In this document: positions 36,331 through 44,791 of the stretch, piece by piece
Layout of the letters: every line of letters starts with the position of its first letter
How positions within the stretch are numbered: the stretch's first letter is position 1
Source: an uncultured virus (IMG/VR IMGVR_UViG_3300038656_000077)
Taxonomy: Duplodnaviria > Heunggongvirae > Uroviricota > Caudoviricetes
Virus record (IMG/VR): IMGVR_UViG_3300038656_000077
Length of the DNA: 64,000 nucleotides
Reading direction: 5' to 3' (one strand)
Position numbers and translations under genes: made by a program
Notes under the pieces: model-generated
Database searches by the model: none
The model's input: only the letters and a program-made list of their open reading frames with translations
Told to the model about the DNA's origin: nothing

Positions 36331-37002
36331 TTAAGCTGGACAGTCATCACCTATACTAACTATTGACCCAAAGTCATTTAGTCTAACACTATATCTGTTT
36401 GTTTCGCCTACAAGTAGAACTACATTTCTTGCGGACTGCGTCTCTCCTTGTGCTATTTTTATCTCATTGACGGAATCTATGATAGGGTCTAAATTAGATT
36501 TGTATAGTTGTATGCTACCTATAAGTGGGTTTGAACTAGCTATGTTATCTAAATCAGATTGCAATATGTTAATTGAAGCAGATGGGGAATTTGAGCTACA
36601 TGCACCAAGTCGAGTATCGTACATGGCTGTTACACCCACAACTGCGTATTCATCAGTTTGTTCACATTGACCCGCTACTACTTCGGTAACTTCTGAAAAT
36701 TCATTTAGGGTCACCCCTGTTATTGACGACCTATTTTCGGGTGTTAAGGTCTCTCCTAATGAAACTGTATATTTATCTTCTATGTTTGTAAACAGAGAAG
36801 ACTGCGAAGGGTCTGCGAAAAATATATCTCCAACGCTAATGTCTGATTGATTTGGGGATTTATAAAAAGGTGTGGTTATCTGTTTGCAGTAAGAATACAC
36901 TTTATCAGGTGTAGACGCTCGCCAATCAAAAGATAGTACAGGCCCCGTGTCTTCTTTTTTGATTGAATTATTTTTGTAAAGTTGTCTTTTAAAACTATTC
37001 AT
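36331..37002 (-). CDS. Putative tail-fibre-associated protein
   Basis: 223 aa; two Cys-bounded beta-rich units similar to those in the 415-aa protein. Confidence 0.6.
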   Translation of the reverse strand: MNSFKRQLYKNNSIKKEDTGPVLSFDWRASTPDKVYSYCKQITTPFYKSPNQSDISVGDIFFADPSQSSLFTNIEDKYTVSLGETLTPENRSSITGVTLNEFSEVTEVVAGQCEQTDEYAVVGVTAMYDTRLGACSSNSPSASINILQSDLDNIASSNPLIGSIQLYKSNLDPIIDSVNEIKIAQGETQSARNVVLLVGETNRYSVRLNDFGSIVSIGDDCPA

Positions 37003-37013
37003 AATTAGTTAGT

Positions 37014-38072
37014 TTATTCTAAATTCGCAGTTAGTCTTTGTTCTAAGTCACCTATTAAAAATACATCACCTGAAACTTTTTCAACACCCACAGTTCTAGC
37101 CTGTCCATCTATTTTTGCGTTGGTATTTAATGCTTTCAAGAAAGTCCCTGTAAAGTTTACTGCGTTTCCTCCTTTTTGGACTAAACCAACAAAAAAGTTA
37201 TTTGGTAGGGAGGCAGCGTTTGTGTTTATACTTATACTTCCTACTGTAGAGTCTACTACTATTGTGTAGTTGTTGTCTGAAGCTTGCAGTGTATAATTAC
37301 TATCTATTGTTTTTTGCGGATTTTTATTTCTTATAAAAGCCTCGTTGTTAGAGTTGCTTTCTAGTACATCTCCTTGTACGTTTTCTTGTAAATCTACAGA
37401 AAAATCTACATCATTTTCTGACACTTGTATGTCTACACTTTGATCTGAACTTATAAAGTTTTTATCTGATGGTGGTGACGGAAAGTTTACCTCTAAATCA
37501 TAATTATTACCTACCTGCGTCACACTCACACTATCGTCATCACTGCTCACAGAAGATTTGGGTTGCACAGGTGCTTCTATGTTTATATTACCTAGTTGGT
37601 CTGTTCCAATACTAAGGGTCCGTGACTTTAATCCTCTGAAATTATAGGTGTTAGTAAAAGCATTAAAGGATTCAAAAACATTAGCGTCTGGGTTTGTGGA
37701 AATATTCTCTAGTGTAGGTAAAGATACTTCTGGAATATCGACTTTTAAGTCTATTGATTCATCTTCAGGATTAATCGTTATTTCTACTGTATCGTCTGAG
37801 GATATAAAAGTTCTTAATTCTCTTTCTCCTACTGCATTTACACCTTTATATAATTCAATACCTTCACCTATATTCCTCAAGTTACCTTTAGATAAAGCGA
37901 AATCTAGTTTGTTGCATATAGCTGTATCAAACTTTTTTAAAAGTGAGGATACATCATCGGGAGTGTCCGCACCAATACAAGATAATGTTTCTCCATCATA
38001 TATTATACATGAAGTGGATAAATCGGGGATAGGACACCCGCAGTCTTTTGTTTTACAATCTTGTTTTGACAT
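37014..38072 (-). CDS. Putative tail fibre protein
   Basis: Cys-rich N-terminus (STSCIIYDG) similar to the 71-aa protein; three SSDxSV repeats; C-terminal domain resembling one in the 855-aa protein. Confidence 0.65.
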   Translation of the reverse strand: MSKQDCKTKDCGCPIPDLSTSCIIYDGETLSCIGADTPDDVSSLLKKFDTAICNKLDFALSKGNLRNIGEGIELYKGVNAVGERELRTFISSDDTVEITINPEDESIDLKVDIPEVSLPTLENISTNPDANVFESFNAFTNTYNFRGLKSRTLSIGTDQLGNINIEAPVQPKSSVSSDDDSVSVTQVGNNYDLEVNFPSPPSDKNFISSDQSVDIQVSENDVDFSVDLQENVQGDVLESNSNNEAFIRNKNPQKTIDSNYTLQASDNNYTIVVDSTVGSISINTNAASLPNNFFVGLVQKGGNAVNFTGTFLKALNTNAKIDGQARTVGVEKVSGDVFLIGDLEQRLTANLE

Positions 38073-38075
38073 TTT

Positions 38076-38291
38076 TTAACTGTTTATTTGTTGTTTTAGT
38101 ATATTTATTTCGTCTCTGGCATCAGCTAAAGAAAGAACTAATTTTCTTATAACTTCTGTCATCTCTGTATTCTCTTCTATATTCAGGTAAGCTATTGCTC
38201 CTTCATATATAACGCAGTCAGTTGATTTTAATTCACATGGTTCTTCGTTACCATATTTTATTAATATAGTTTTGTTACAATCTTTACTCAT
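38076..38291 (-). CDS. Small fibre-associated coiled-coil protein (71 aa)
   Basis: First ~60 aa nearly identical to the N-terminus of 41145..43151. Confidence 0.75.
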   Translation of the reverse strand: MSKDCNKTILIKYGNEEPCELKSTDCVIYEGAIAYLNIEENTEMTEVIRKLVLSLADARDEINILKQQINS

Positions 38292-38419
38292 TTTTTAAAA
38301 TATTAAGGTTATCAAAAACAAAACAATAGGAAAAAATATTGTAGCAAAATAATCCCATGGATCGCCTCCTGTTTTTTTATAAAACTCATCATAAATTTTC
38401 TTCCCTGCTCCTGCTGCAA
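38110..38419. repeat. 310-bp direct repeat, copy A
   Basis: Matches 42970-43280 with 4 substitutions and a 1-nt homopolymer indel. Confidence 0.95.
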
Positions 38420-38585
38420 GACTCAAACCCTTTTTATCTTGAACAGTCCCTGACCCCTGAAAACCTCTATTTGGTGTACCTTCAGTGTTATTATCATCTT
38501 CATCTTCCCTTCTTATGTGATTTCTTGGGTCTGAGTTATCTCTTAGAGTTTTACCTCTTTTTAAATTTCTGTTTTTTTCTTCCAT
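38295..38585 (-). CDS. Chimeric ORF at the cassette junction
   Basis: Hydrophilic foreign N-terminus fused at AAGAGK to the C-terminal half of the small membrane protein gene at 43.2-43.4 kb. Confidence 0.55.
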   Translation of the reverse strand: MEEKNRNLKRGKTLRDNSDPRNHIRREDEDDNNTEGTPNRGFQGSGTVQDKKGLSLAAGAGKKIYDEFYKKTGGDPWDYFATIFFPIVLFLITLIF

Positions 38586-38670
38586 TTTTTTTTTGTTTTT
38601 ATTATATATTATTATTAATCATTTAATTATAAATATGTAATTTTTTATTAAACATCATAATCATTTTAAG

Positions 38671-39918
38671 TTAAATACCACCTGAAAGATCACATATTCC
38701 AAAACTAGTGAATGACTGAGTTGTAATATCCCAAAACTTCCATGTATTACCATCTGAATAATATCCAGAAATCTGTTCTAAATCACCATTACTATTTTCA
38801 TATAATTGACTAGCTGAACTGAGGGATTCAGTGTCTGTATATTTAGTTAAATTTAACACACCACCACAAGCATTTTCTATTGAAGAATAATCTCTAGCTA
38901 AGGTTTGTTGAAATGTAAGTGAATCTGAGAATTGTCTTAATGAAATTGTTCTAGTTATAAAACCATCTGTTGTCCTTAAAACTATACTTCCAATTCTTTC
39001 ATTACCAGTAGTATTCTGTGAATAATTTACCGAAACTGTATTATCATTACCTATTCCAGAGACAGTCGAATAATTTATATCTATCCAAGAATCATTACTA
39101 AAAACATTCCAAGTAGTATTTGAAATTACACTAAATGAAAATATACCTGCACTATCATCTACGTCTTCACCTGAAAGTATAACACTTAATGATTGTGAAC
39201 AATCATATTTTAGTGTTATAATACCATTTGAATCTACTTTAATTATTGAATCACTAGTGGCTTGATTATCTTCATTAAATGTGTAGAATTTATTATTACC
39301 ATCAAAGGGTAATGTACCTTCTATATTTTCAAATAACTTATCAGTACTCCCAACTTCACCATTATTCAGTTGGTTATCCCAAAAAATAAGTCTCGTTAAT
39401 GATAAAGAACTACAAGCTTGTTGTGTGGTATCAAAAGCATCGATTGATATATTAATAGTTGGTAAATTTTTAACAGTACCAGTGAACAAACTATCGCTAG
39501 TCCCTACATTATTAGCCGCATCTCTAGCGGTAATATAAATGAAATAATTCGTATTTATCCCTAAACCACTTATCGTATAATTCCTAACACCACCTCCAAC
39601 ATTTATTGTTAACCAAACACCACCAGCCGCTTGGTAATATATAGTTTGAGATACCACACCAACATCATCAGTACTATTCCAGCTAATACTTATAGATGTT
39701 TGAGAATTATTAGTTTCAGCCAAATTAGTTACTACTGGTGGTTGACCATCAGAATTAGTTATTGGGCAAATAGATGTATTAAAAACTGGAGCTACGTAGT
39801 CCTCATTTAATTCACCACCTATAAACTCTGTATTGGGTTTAGTCTCACCTGTTGGTTCACCCGTATCAATATTATATCTCTCTAAAATCCCATAACCCAC
39901 AAATCCGTTATTTGCCAT
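38671..39918 (-). CDS. Adhesin/decoration protein with FN3 and BACON-like domains
   Basis: SISISWNSTDDVGV...YTISGL..NTNY.I.ITARDAANN (FN3); SNTTWNV.SNDSWI...NTTGNERIGSI (BACON). Confidence 0.8.
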   Translation of the reverse strand: MANNGFVGYGILERYNIDTGEPTGETKPNTEFIGGELNEDYVAPVFNTSICPITNSDGQPPVVTNLAETNNSQTSISISWNSTDDVGVVSQTIYYQAAGGVWLTINVGGGVRNYTISGLGINTNYFIYITARDAANNVGTSDSLFTGTVKNLPTINISIDAFDTTQQACSSLSLTRLIFWDNQLNNGEVGSTDKLFENIEGTLPFDGNNKFYTFNEDNQATSDSIIKVDSNGIITLKYDCSQSLSVILSGEDVDDSAGIFSFSVISNTTWNVFSNDSWIDINYSTVSGIGNDNTVSVNYSQNTTGNERIGSIVLRTTDGFITRTISLRQFSDSLTFQQTLARDYSSIENACGGVLNLTKYTDTESLSSASQLYENSNGDLEQISGYYSDGNTWKFWDITTQSFTSFGICDLSGGI

Positions 39919-39945
39919 ATTATCTTTATTTATTTATTTATTAAT

Positions 39946-41145
39946 TTATACATTACATGAAGATTCAATGATATCAGAAATGGTGTTAGCGTTATATGTG
40001 GTATTGAAATCACCTCCAGTATCTGTTGCAAGGTCTTGCCAAATTGGGTTTGCAGCACCTTGACCAAGAACTATAACAACAACACCATTATCAATACAAT
40101 CTTGTGTTAATGATGCGATACGATTTCTAACTTCCTCAGTAAAATCATCATCTAATCCACCAGGTAAAGCATCGGTTATTAAAATTACATATCTAGCAAC
40201 ACCTGACCTAAATTGACCAAGTAAATTGTTATTTAAAACTTTATCTAATGCTATATCCATTGGTTCTGGAACACGAAAACCATCCCCTAATGTAAATACA
40301 CTGCTGTTTATCTTATTTAATTGGGTATTAAACGTAGAGTTATTATTTATATTAAACATCTCCATTGCTGTTATATAAATCATTGTATCTGCATTACTAT
40401 TTAACGTTAATTTTTGATTATTAGGTAATTCATCATAATATGGATTATTATAAATAAGTTGACATGTCGAACTAATACATTCATCTACAATACATAAACC
40501 CAATCTATAATCATTAGTGTTAGTTTCAGTTTCAATAGTGTTAACCAAATCTGATACACCAGATTTAGTGTTTTCAATATATGCACCCATACTCGTAGAG
40601 TAGTCAATTATAATAGCTACATCCATTCCTTCAGCACATTCAACTGCACCTTCGTATAAAATAGTACTTATACTTTCTGTATTACCTCTATAATCTTCTA
40701 CGGTAACGGTATAAGTACCCGCAGTTAAATCAGTAATTGTGTTAGTGGTAGATGAAGTACTAGTTGTAGAACCATTACTCCATGTATAAATGTAAGGACC
40801 TTCACCTGAGGTTACAGTCACCGTCGCTGTCCCGTCCAATGCTCCACTAATAGTAGGGTCTGTAGATTCAATCTCTAATGTAAAGTCTTCTTCACAAAAT
40901 TGAGAATCTTGTTTAACTCTCCACCCTAGGTTTGTTAATGGTGACAATAATTGATAAGGGACTACTTGATTCATATCCAAACTAGAAATCCTTGTTTCAT
41001 CAATTTCTAAAAAAAATTGTATTGCCGCCTTACTCATACATTCACTTCCAGTGGGCATTTCAGATTGCAATTGGAAATACCCCTCATTAGCCACCATGTA
41101 ATGAGCATCATCAAATGTTACTACTGCATTGAACTCTCTTGCCAT
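39946..41145 (-). CDS. SprB-repeat plus vWA domain protein
   Basis: DGTATVTVTSGEGPYIYTWSNG...LTAGTYTVTVED (SprB-like); MDVAIIIDYSTSM and VILITDA (vWA MIDAS). Confidence 0.85.
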   Translation of the reverse strand: MAREFNAVVTFDDAHYMVANEGYFQLQSEMPTGSECMSKAAIQFFLEIDETRISSLDMNQVVPYQLLSPLTNLGWRVKQDSQFCEEDFTLEIESTDPTISGALDGTATVTVTSGEGPYIYTWSNGSTTSTSSTTNTITDLTAGTYTVTVEDYRGNTESISTILYEGAVECAEGMDVAIIIDYSTSMGAYIENTKSGVSDLVNTIETETNTNDYRLGLCIVDECISSTCQLIYNNPYYDELPNNQKLTLNSNADTMIYITAMEMFNINNNSTFNTQLNKINSSVFTLGDGFRVPEPMDIALDKVLNNNLLGQFRSGVARYVILITDALPGGLDDDFTEEVRNRIASLTQDCIDNGVVVIVLGQGAANPIWQDLATDTGGDFNTTYNANTISDIIESSCNV

Positions 41146-43151
41146 TATATATCTTCAATTAATTTCAATCTCTTTTCTAATTCGTCAAGCTTACTTAATT
41201 TATTTTCTAAATACTTGTTCTTTTGTGATAATTCCTGTATTGCCTTAGCTTGAACAAATAGAGTTTTATACAAGTTAACAGCATCCCTTTCTTCTGTTAA
41301 AAACTCATCAGGTGAATCATCAGCCATAATACCTATTTGGTCCACCCCTTTATTCTCCTCCTTATAATCAAAAGTATAAATATCTAGGGAGTCTACTAAA
41401 GCTAGTGCAGAATTGTTAAAAGGTGATAAATTTTTCTTTAATTTTCTTAAAGATGATGTTGCTGATGTAGAATAAACTTTATCTGCTGTTATATTACCGT
41501 TTACATCTAATTTAGCAGATGGTGTATCTATCCCTATACCTAATTTACCATCATTAAAAAAATAACCCTCAGGTGACCAAGATGTTTCACTTGCAGGTGC
41601 ATTAGCCTGTCCTGATAATACATCAGGGGTAAAGTCGCTACTGTGATTTCTAATCGCTATTTGTAAGGTATCGTATGGCTGAGTACTTTTCACCCAAAGT
41701 TCTGCAACGTTAGCAGAGGTTCTATATAGATAATAAGTTTCAGCATATGTACTACCTTTTACAAAAAATGTTCTAATAAAATCAATTTGATTTGAACCCC
41801 TTTCTATGTTTACATGTACAGTATGGTTAGCACCATATCTAGTTAAAACTTCTACTATAGCTTGACTATCCATATATTGGTTAGGTAAAGTAAAATATCC
41901 TATTTTAAAATATGTTACTGAATTACCCCCAACACTTTTAAATTCTCCCAATTTCAAATGGTCTGCTGTTATATTACCGTTTACATCTAATTTAGTACTT
42001 GGACTAGTAGTACCTATACCTACATTACCGTTGAAAATTGAATTAGAAGTAAAAGTTTTTTCACCACCAATAGTTTCATTTGATGACTTATCAACATAAA
42101 TAGATAAATTAGGTTTATTACTTAAATCACCATAATTACCTGAAAATAATGTAGGTTTACCTGTTAAATCTACATATGCACCACTAAATACATCAGCATT
42201 ATCCGCTTTACCATCTAATGCATTTTGTAAATCAGTTTGATTCGATAAAGTACCACTAATTTCTCCCCAAATTGCAGTTTGGTCAGTAAGTTGAGTATAA
42301 CTACTACCATTCCATCTGTACATGTAACCTGTGTCTTCAGCAATATAGACAGAATCTACTAAACCAGTAGCTGGAAAATTATTAATTGTGGGTTCAACTA
42401 TAGTATCATTTAAAACACTTAAATCAGGTTTATTACTTAAGTCATTATAATCACCAGAAAACAATGTTGGAGTATTACTAATATTATTATAGTTTAAATC
42501 AGTAAGTAAAGAACCATCACCAATAAATGAATCACCAGTTATAATTCCATCTACAGTTAAATTGTCTGTAAAAGTTTTCTCACCTGTTATAGTTTGATTA
42601 CCATTGATAGTGACAAAGTTAGAAGTATCTACTACTGTGCCATCATCACCTTTATCACCTTTATCACCTTTATCTCCTTTCAAGTCTACTAGTAGACCAT
42701 CAGAACCATCAGGGTTCTCAAACTGTAGACTAGTTCCACTCCATGTATGTTCAGGGGTATCTCCTTTAGGTCCTTGTGGTCCAGTTAATGAATCTATAAA
42801 ATCCTTTTGACTTCCAGTGTTTCCAGCATTTAGCCATACTTGATAAGCTGAATCACCGTCAGCACCATCCTCTCCTTTAATTGAATCTATAAAGTCTTGC
42901 TCAGTTCCTTTATTGCCTAAACTTAACCAAACATCATAAGCAGAATCACCAACACTTCCATCATTTCCATCGTCTCTGGCATCAGCTAAAGAAAGAACTA
43001 ATTTTCTTATAACTTCTGTCATCTCTGTATTCTCTTCTATATTCAGGTAAGATATTGCTCCTTCATATATAACGCAGTCAGTTGATTTTAATTCACATGG
43101 CTCTTCGTTACCATATTCTATTAATATAGTTTTGTTACAATCTTTACTCAT
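41145..43151 (-). CDS. Tail fibre with collagen-like repeats and C-terminal intramolecular chaperone (peptidase S74-like)
   Basis: KGD/GPQ triplets, FSGxYxDLxxKP x3, G.GIG...PS.KLDVNGNITAD x2, TSSLRKLKKN...IGIMADD chaperone with coiled coil. Confidence 0.85.
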   Translation of the reverse strand: MSKDCNKTILIEYGNEEPCELKSTDCVIYEGAISYLNIEENTEMTEVIRKLVLSLADARDDGNDGSVGDSAYDVWLSLGNKGTEQDFIDSIKGEDGADGDSAYQVWLNAGNTGSQKDFIDSLTGPQGPKGDTPEHTWSGTSLQFENPDGSDGLLVDLKGDKGDKGDKGDDGTVVDTSNFVTINGNQTITGEKTFTDNLTVDGIITGDSFIGDGSLLTDLNYNNISNTPTLFSGDYNDLSNKPDLSVLNDTIVEPTINNFPATGLVDSVYIAEDTGYMYRWNGSSYTQLTDQTAIWGEISGTLSNQTDLQNALDGKADNADVFSGAYVDLTGKPTLFSGNYGDLSNKPNLSIYVDKSSNETIGGEKTFTSNSIFNGNVGIGTTSPSTKLDVNGNITADHLKLGEFKSVGGNSVTYFKIGYFTLPNQYMDSQAIVEVLTRYGANHTVHVNIERGSNQIDFIRTFFVKGSTYAETYYLYRTSANVAELWVKSTQPYDTLQIAIRNHSSDFTPDVLSGQANAPASETSWSPEGYFFNDGKLGIGIDTPSAKLDVNGNITADKVYSTSATSSLRKLKKNLSPFNNSALALVDSLDIYTFDYKEENKGVDQIGIMADDSPDEFLTEERDAVNLYKTLFVQAKAIQELSQKNKYLENKLSKLDELEKRLKLIEDI
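42760..42976. repeat. About 220-bp segment shared with the 855-aa fibre gene
   Basis: Near-identical to 46476-46719, which carries extra 9- and 18-nt in-frame units. Confidence 0.9.
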
Positions 43152-43280
43152 TTTTTAAAATATTAAGGTTATCAAAAACAAAACAATAGGAAAAAATATT
43201 GTAGCAAAATAATCCCATGGATCGCCTCCTGTTTTTTTTATAAAACTCATCATAAATTTCCTTCCCTGCTCCTGCTGCAA
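42970..43280. repeat. 310-bp direct repeat, copy B
   Basis: Offset 4860 nt from copy A (38110-38419). Confidence 0.95.
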
Positions 43281-43410
43281 AAGCTAGTAGAACTCCAATG
43301 TAAGGCTCAAATAATAACGCTCCTATAATGTAAATAACTATTCCTGCTATTGCATGATAGAGTTTATCTCTTTTCCATAAGTGATTTAAAATCCATTTTA
43401 AGTATCCCAT
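43144..43410 (-). pseudogene. Small membrane protein (DKxxH motif), frameshifted at an A8 run
   Basis: DKLYHAIAG...GAGKEIYD. The A7 copy at 38372-38378 reads on as TGGDPWDYFATIFFPIVLFLITLIF, which would stop at 43155. Confidence 0.65.
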
Positions 43411-43419
43411 AATTTCTAT

Positions 43420-43527
43420 TTATTGTTGTTTATAATCTTCTATTTTACTAAAATAAAATTGTTTGTTTCCAAAAAAGATTTCTACATCTTTTAACGTGCC
43501 TTCATTAAAAGTTTCTAATCTTGACAT
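43420..43527 (-). CDS. 35-aa ORF or gene remnant whose ATG lies inside the mini-IS right end
   Basis: MSRLETFNEGTLKDVEIFFGNKQFYFSKIEDYKQQ; probably the 3' part of a gene interrupted by the element. Confidence 0.4.
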   Translation of the reverse strand: MSRLETFNEGTLKDVEIFFGNKQFYFSKIEDYKQQ

Positions 43528-43614
43528 ACTCTCATGCCTAAAGGCAAATGAGATTCTTGGAAAACGCTTGGCCTAATGGCCTACGTTGACTTCCATGAGT
43601 TGATGCCCCAACTC
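43521..43614 (-). ncRNA. Putative TnpB omega-RNA (reRNA) scaffold; guide would follow from 43520 downward
   Basis: Three stems (GAGTTG/CAACTC; TGGAA..AACG..GGCC/GGCC..CGTT-TTCCA; right-end hairpin) plus possible pseudoknot between loop GGCAT and 3' ATGTC. Confidence 0.7.
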
Positions 43615-43679
43615 TAGTATATTTGTACCTCAATTCCTCTTACGCTTAAAAGTAGTAAGCTTCTTTGAGGTGCTCATTA
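43521..43679 (-). mobile_element. Non-autonomous IS200/IS605-family mini-element (159 bp)
   Basis: Right end GAAT-CTCATTTGCC-TTTA-GGCATGAG-AGTATG-TCAA; left hairpin ACCTCAAA-GAAG-CTTAC...GTAAG-AGGAA-TTGAGGT; preceded by TCAC; no ORF inside. Confidence 0.85.
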
Positions 43680-43702
43680 GTGAATGATTTTACCTCCTGT
43701 CA

Positions 43703-44167
43703 TTATTTTAATTTAATTATGTCTTTCCAAACTAGCCATCCAAATCCCCTTACACCGTAATATCTTGCGTAATTATCAAAGTTCCGAAAGCTCCAAAAAG
43801 CATCAGTTCCGTTAGTTACTTTGGCCCATTTCAACATCTCATCGTCGGTGAATTTTTGATTGAAACCCATGCCATAATACTCAAAATGAATAATCATTTC
43901 TTCTTTGTTAATCCACAAATAATCATGAATAAGGTAAGCTAATTCAAAATCACCATCTGGTGCAAGTATAGACCAAGCAAAACGAGGGACAGTACTTAAA
44001 TCCCATTCAAAACCTTTTGGGATAGTTATGTTCATGCCGTTACTAAGTTGTATTTCAAGAGTAACATCTAGCCTATAACGAGGTCTAGAGTTATTCCTCC
44101 TAATCTTAGTCTTAGAAATTAGACTGTATTCCTTTTGCAGACTTGATATGTTTTCAAGTGTAATCAT
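43703..44167 (-). CDS. DUF1353-like protein
   Basis: IPKGFEWDLSTVPR...AYLIHDYLW...YYGVRGFG. Confidence 0.85.
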   Translation of the reverse strand: MITLENISSLQKEYSLISKTKIRRNNSRPRYRLDVTLEIQLSNGMNITIPKGFEWDLSTVPRFAWSILAPDGDFELAYLIHDYLWINKEEMIIHFEYYGMGFNQKFTDDEMLKWAKVTNGTDAFWSFRNFDNYARYYGVRGFGWLVWKDIIKLK

Positions 44168-44655
44168 CTTAACATAATTTTTATACCAACTTTCCCTGAG
44201 TACACCAAAAACTTATTAGGTAAATCAACTCTTTGTACAAACTCAGAATCTAAGAATAAACCAATGCCCTTAGTGAAATACCAGGTAGTTTGCAAATTTG
44301 CCTGTGTATGCAAACCGCCTAACTTATGCCTAGATAACATACCACCACCAACGGTAGCGGTGAAATCTACATTCTTAAACCACTTATTGAAAGTATATCC
44401 AAAGTTAGCCGTCATTCTATACAGCTCACCACCTTGTAGATCTGCATATTCTATTTCAGGTCTCATAAGAAAATAAGAACTTCCCTTTTGCCATCCTCTA
44501 AATTCTGCGCCTACATTTACATTTGTAGTAAAGGCTTTGTTACCTCTTTCGTCGCCAACTAAAGCAAGCCTAGCATCTTGTGAAATGTTAAGGCTTATTC
44601 CCTGTGATAAGCTTATAAAAGGTATAAGGAATAATATGTAGATGATTGTTTTCAT
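44164..44655 (-). CDS. Putative small outer-membrane beta-barrel protein
   Basis: Sec-type signal peptide, about 8 amphipathic strands, terminal strand YSGKVGIKIMLR. Confidence 0.65.
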   Translation of the reverse strand: MKTIIYILFLIPFISLSQGISLNISQDARLALVGDERGNKAFTTNVNVGAEFRGWQKGSSYFLMRPEIEYADLQGGELYRMTANFGYTFNKWFKNVDFTATVGGGMLSRHKLGGLHTQANLQTTWYFTKGIGLFLDSEFVQRVDLPNKFLVYSGKVGIKIMLR

Positions 44656-44783
44656 TATACTATTTCTAATTCAAAATTGATGTTTGTAAGACTCGGCTCA
44701 ATAAATGGGCTTTGTATTACTGAGTTTCTATCATCTTTAAGTTGATAGTCTGTAAGTTTTGAAATAAATTTTATTGTGCTCAT
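44655..44783 (-). CDS. Hypothetical protein, 42 aa
   Basis: MSTIKFISKLTDYQLKDDRNSVIQSPFIEPSLTNINFELEIV fills the gap; its TAA overlaps the next ATG. Confidence 0.55.
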   Translation of the reverse strand: MSTIKFISKLTDYQLKDDRNSVIQSPFIEPSLTNINFELEIV

Positions 44784-44791
44784 GTTTTATA

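Noticed and set aside
38110..43280. Diversity-generating retroelement TR/VR pair
   Set aside because: Only 4 substitutions (one not at adenine) plus an indel; the repeat spans a gene junction rather than a C-terminal variable region; no reverse transcriptase in the window.
43618..43625. Plus-strand TATATTTG inside the mini-element as an outward promoter
   Set aside because: No TTTG/TTG at 19-21 nt spacing upstream.
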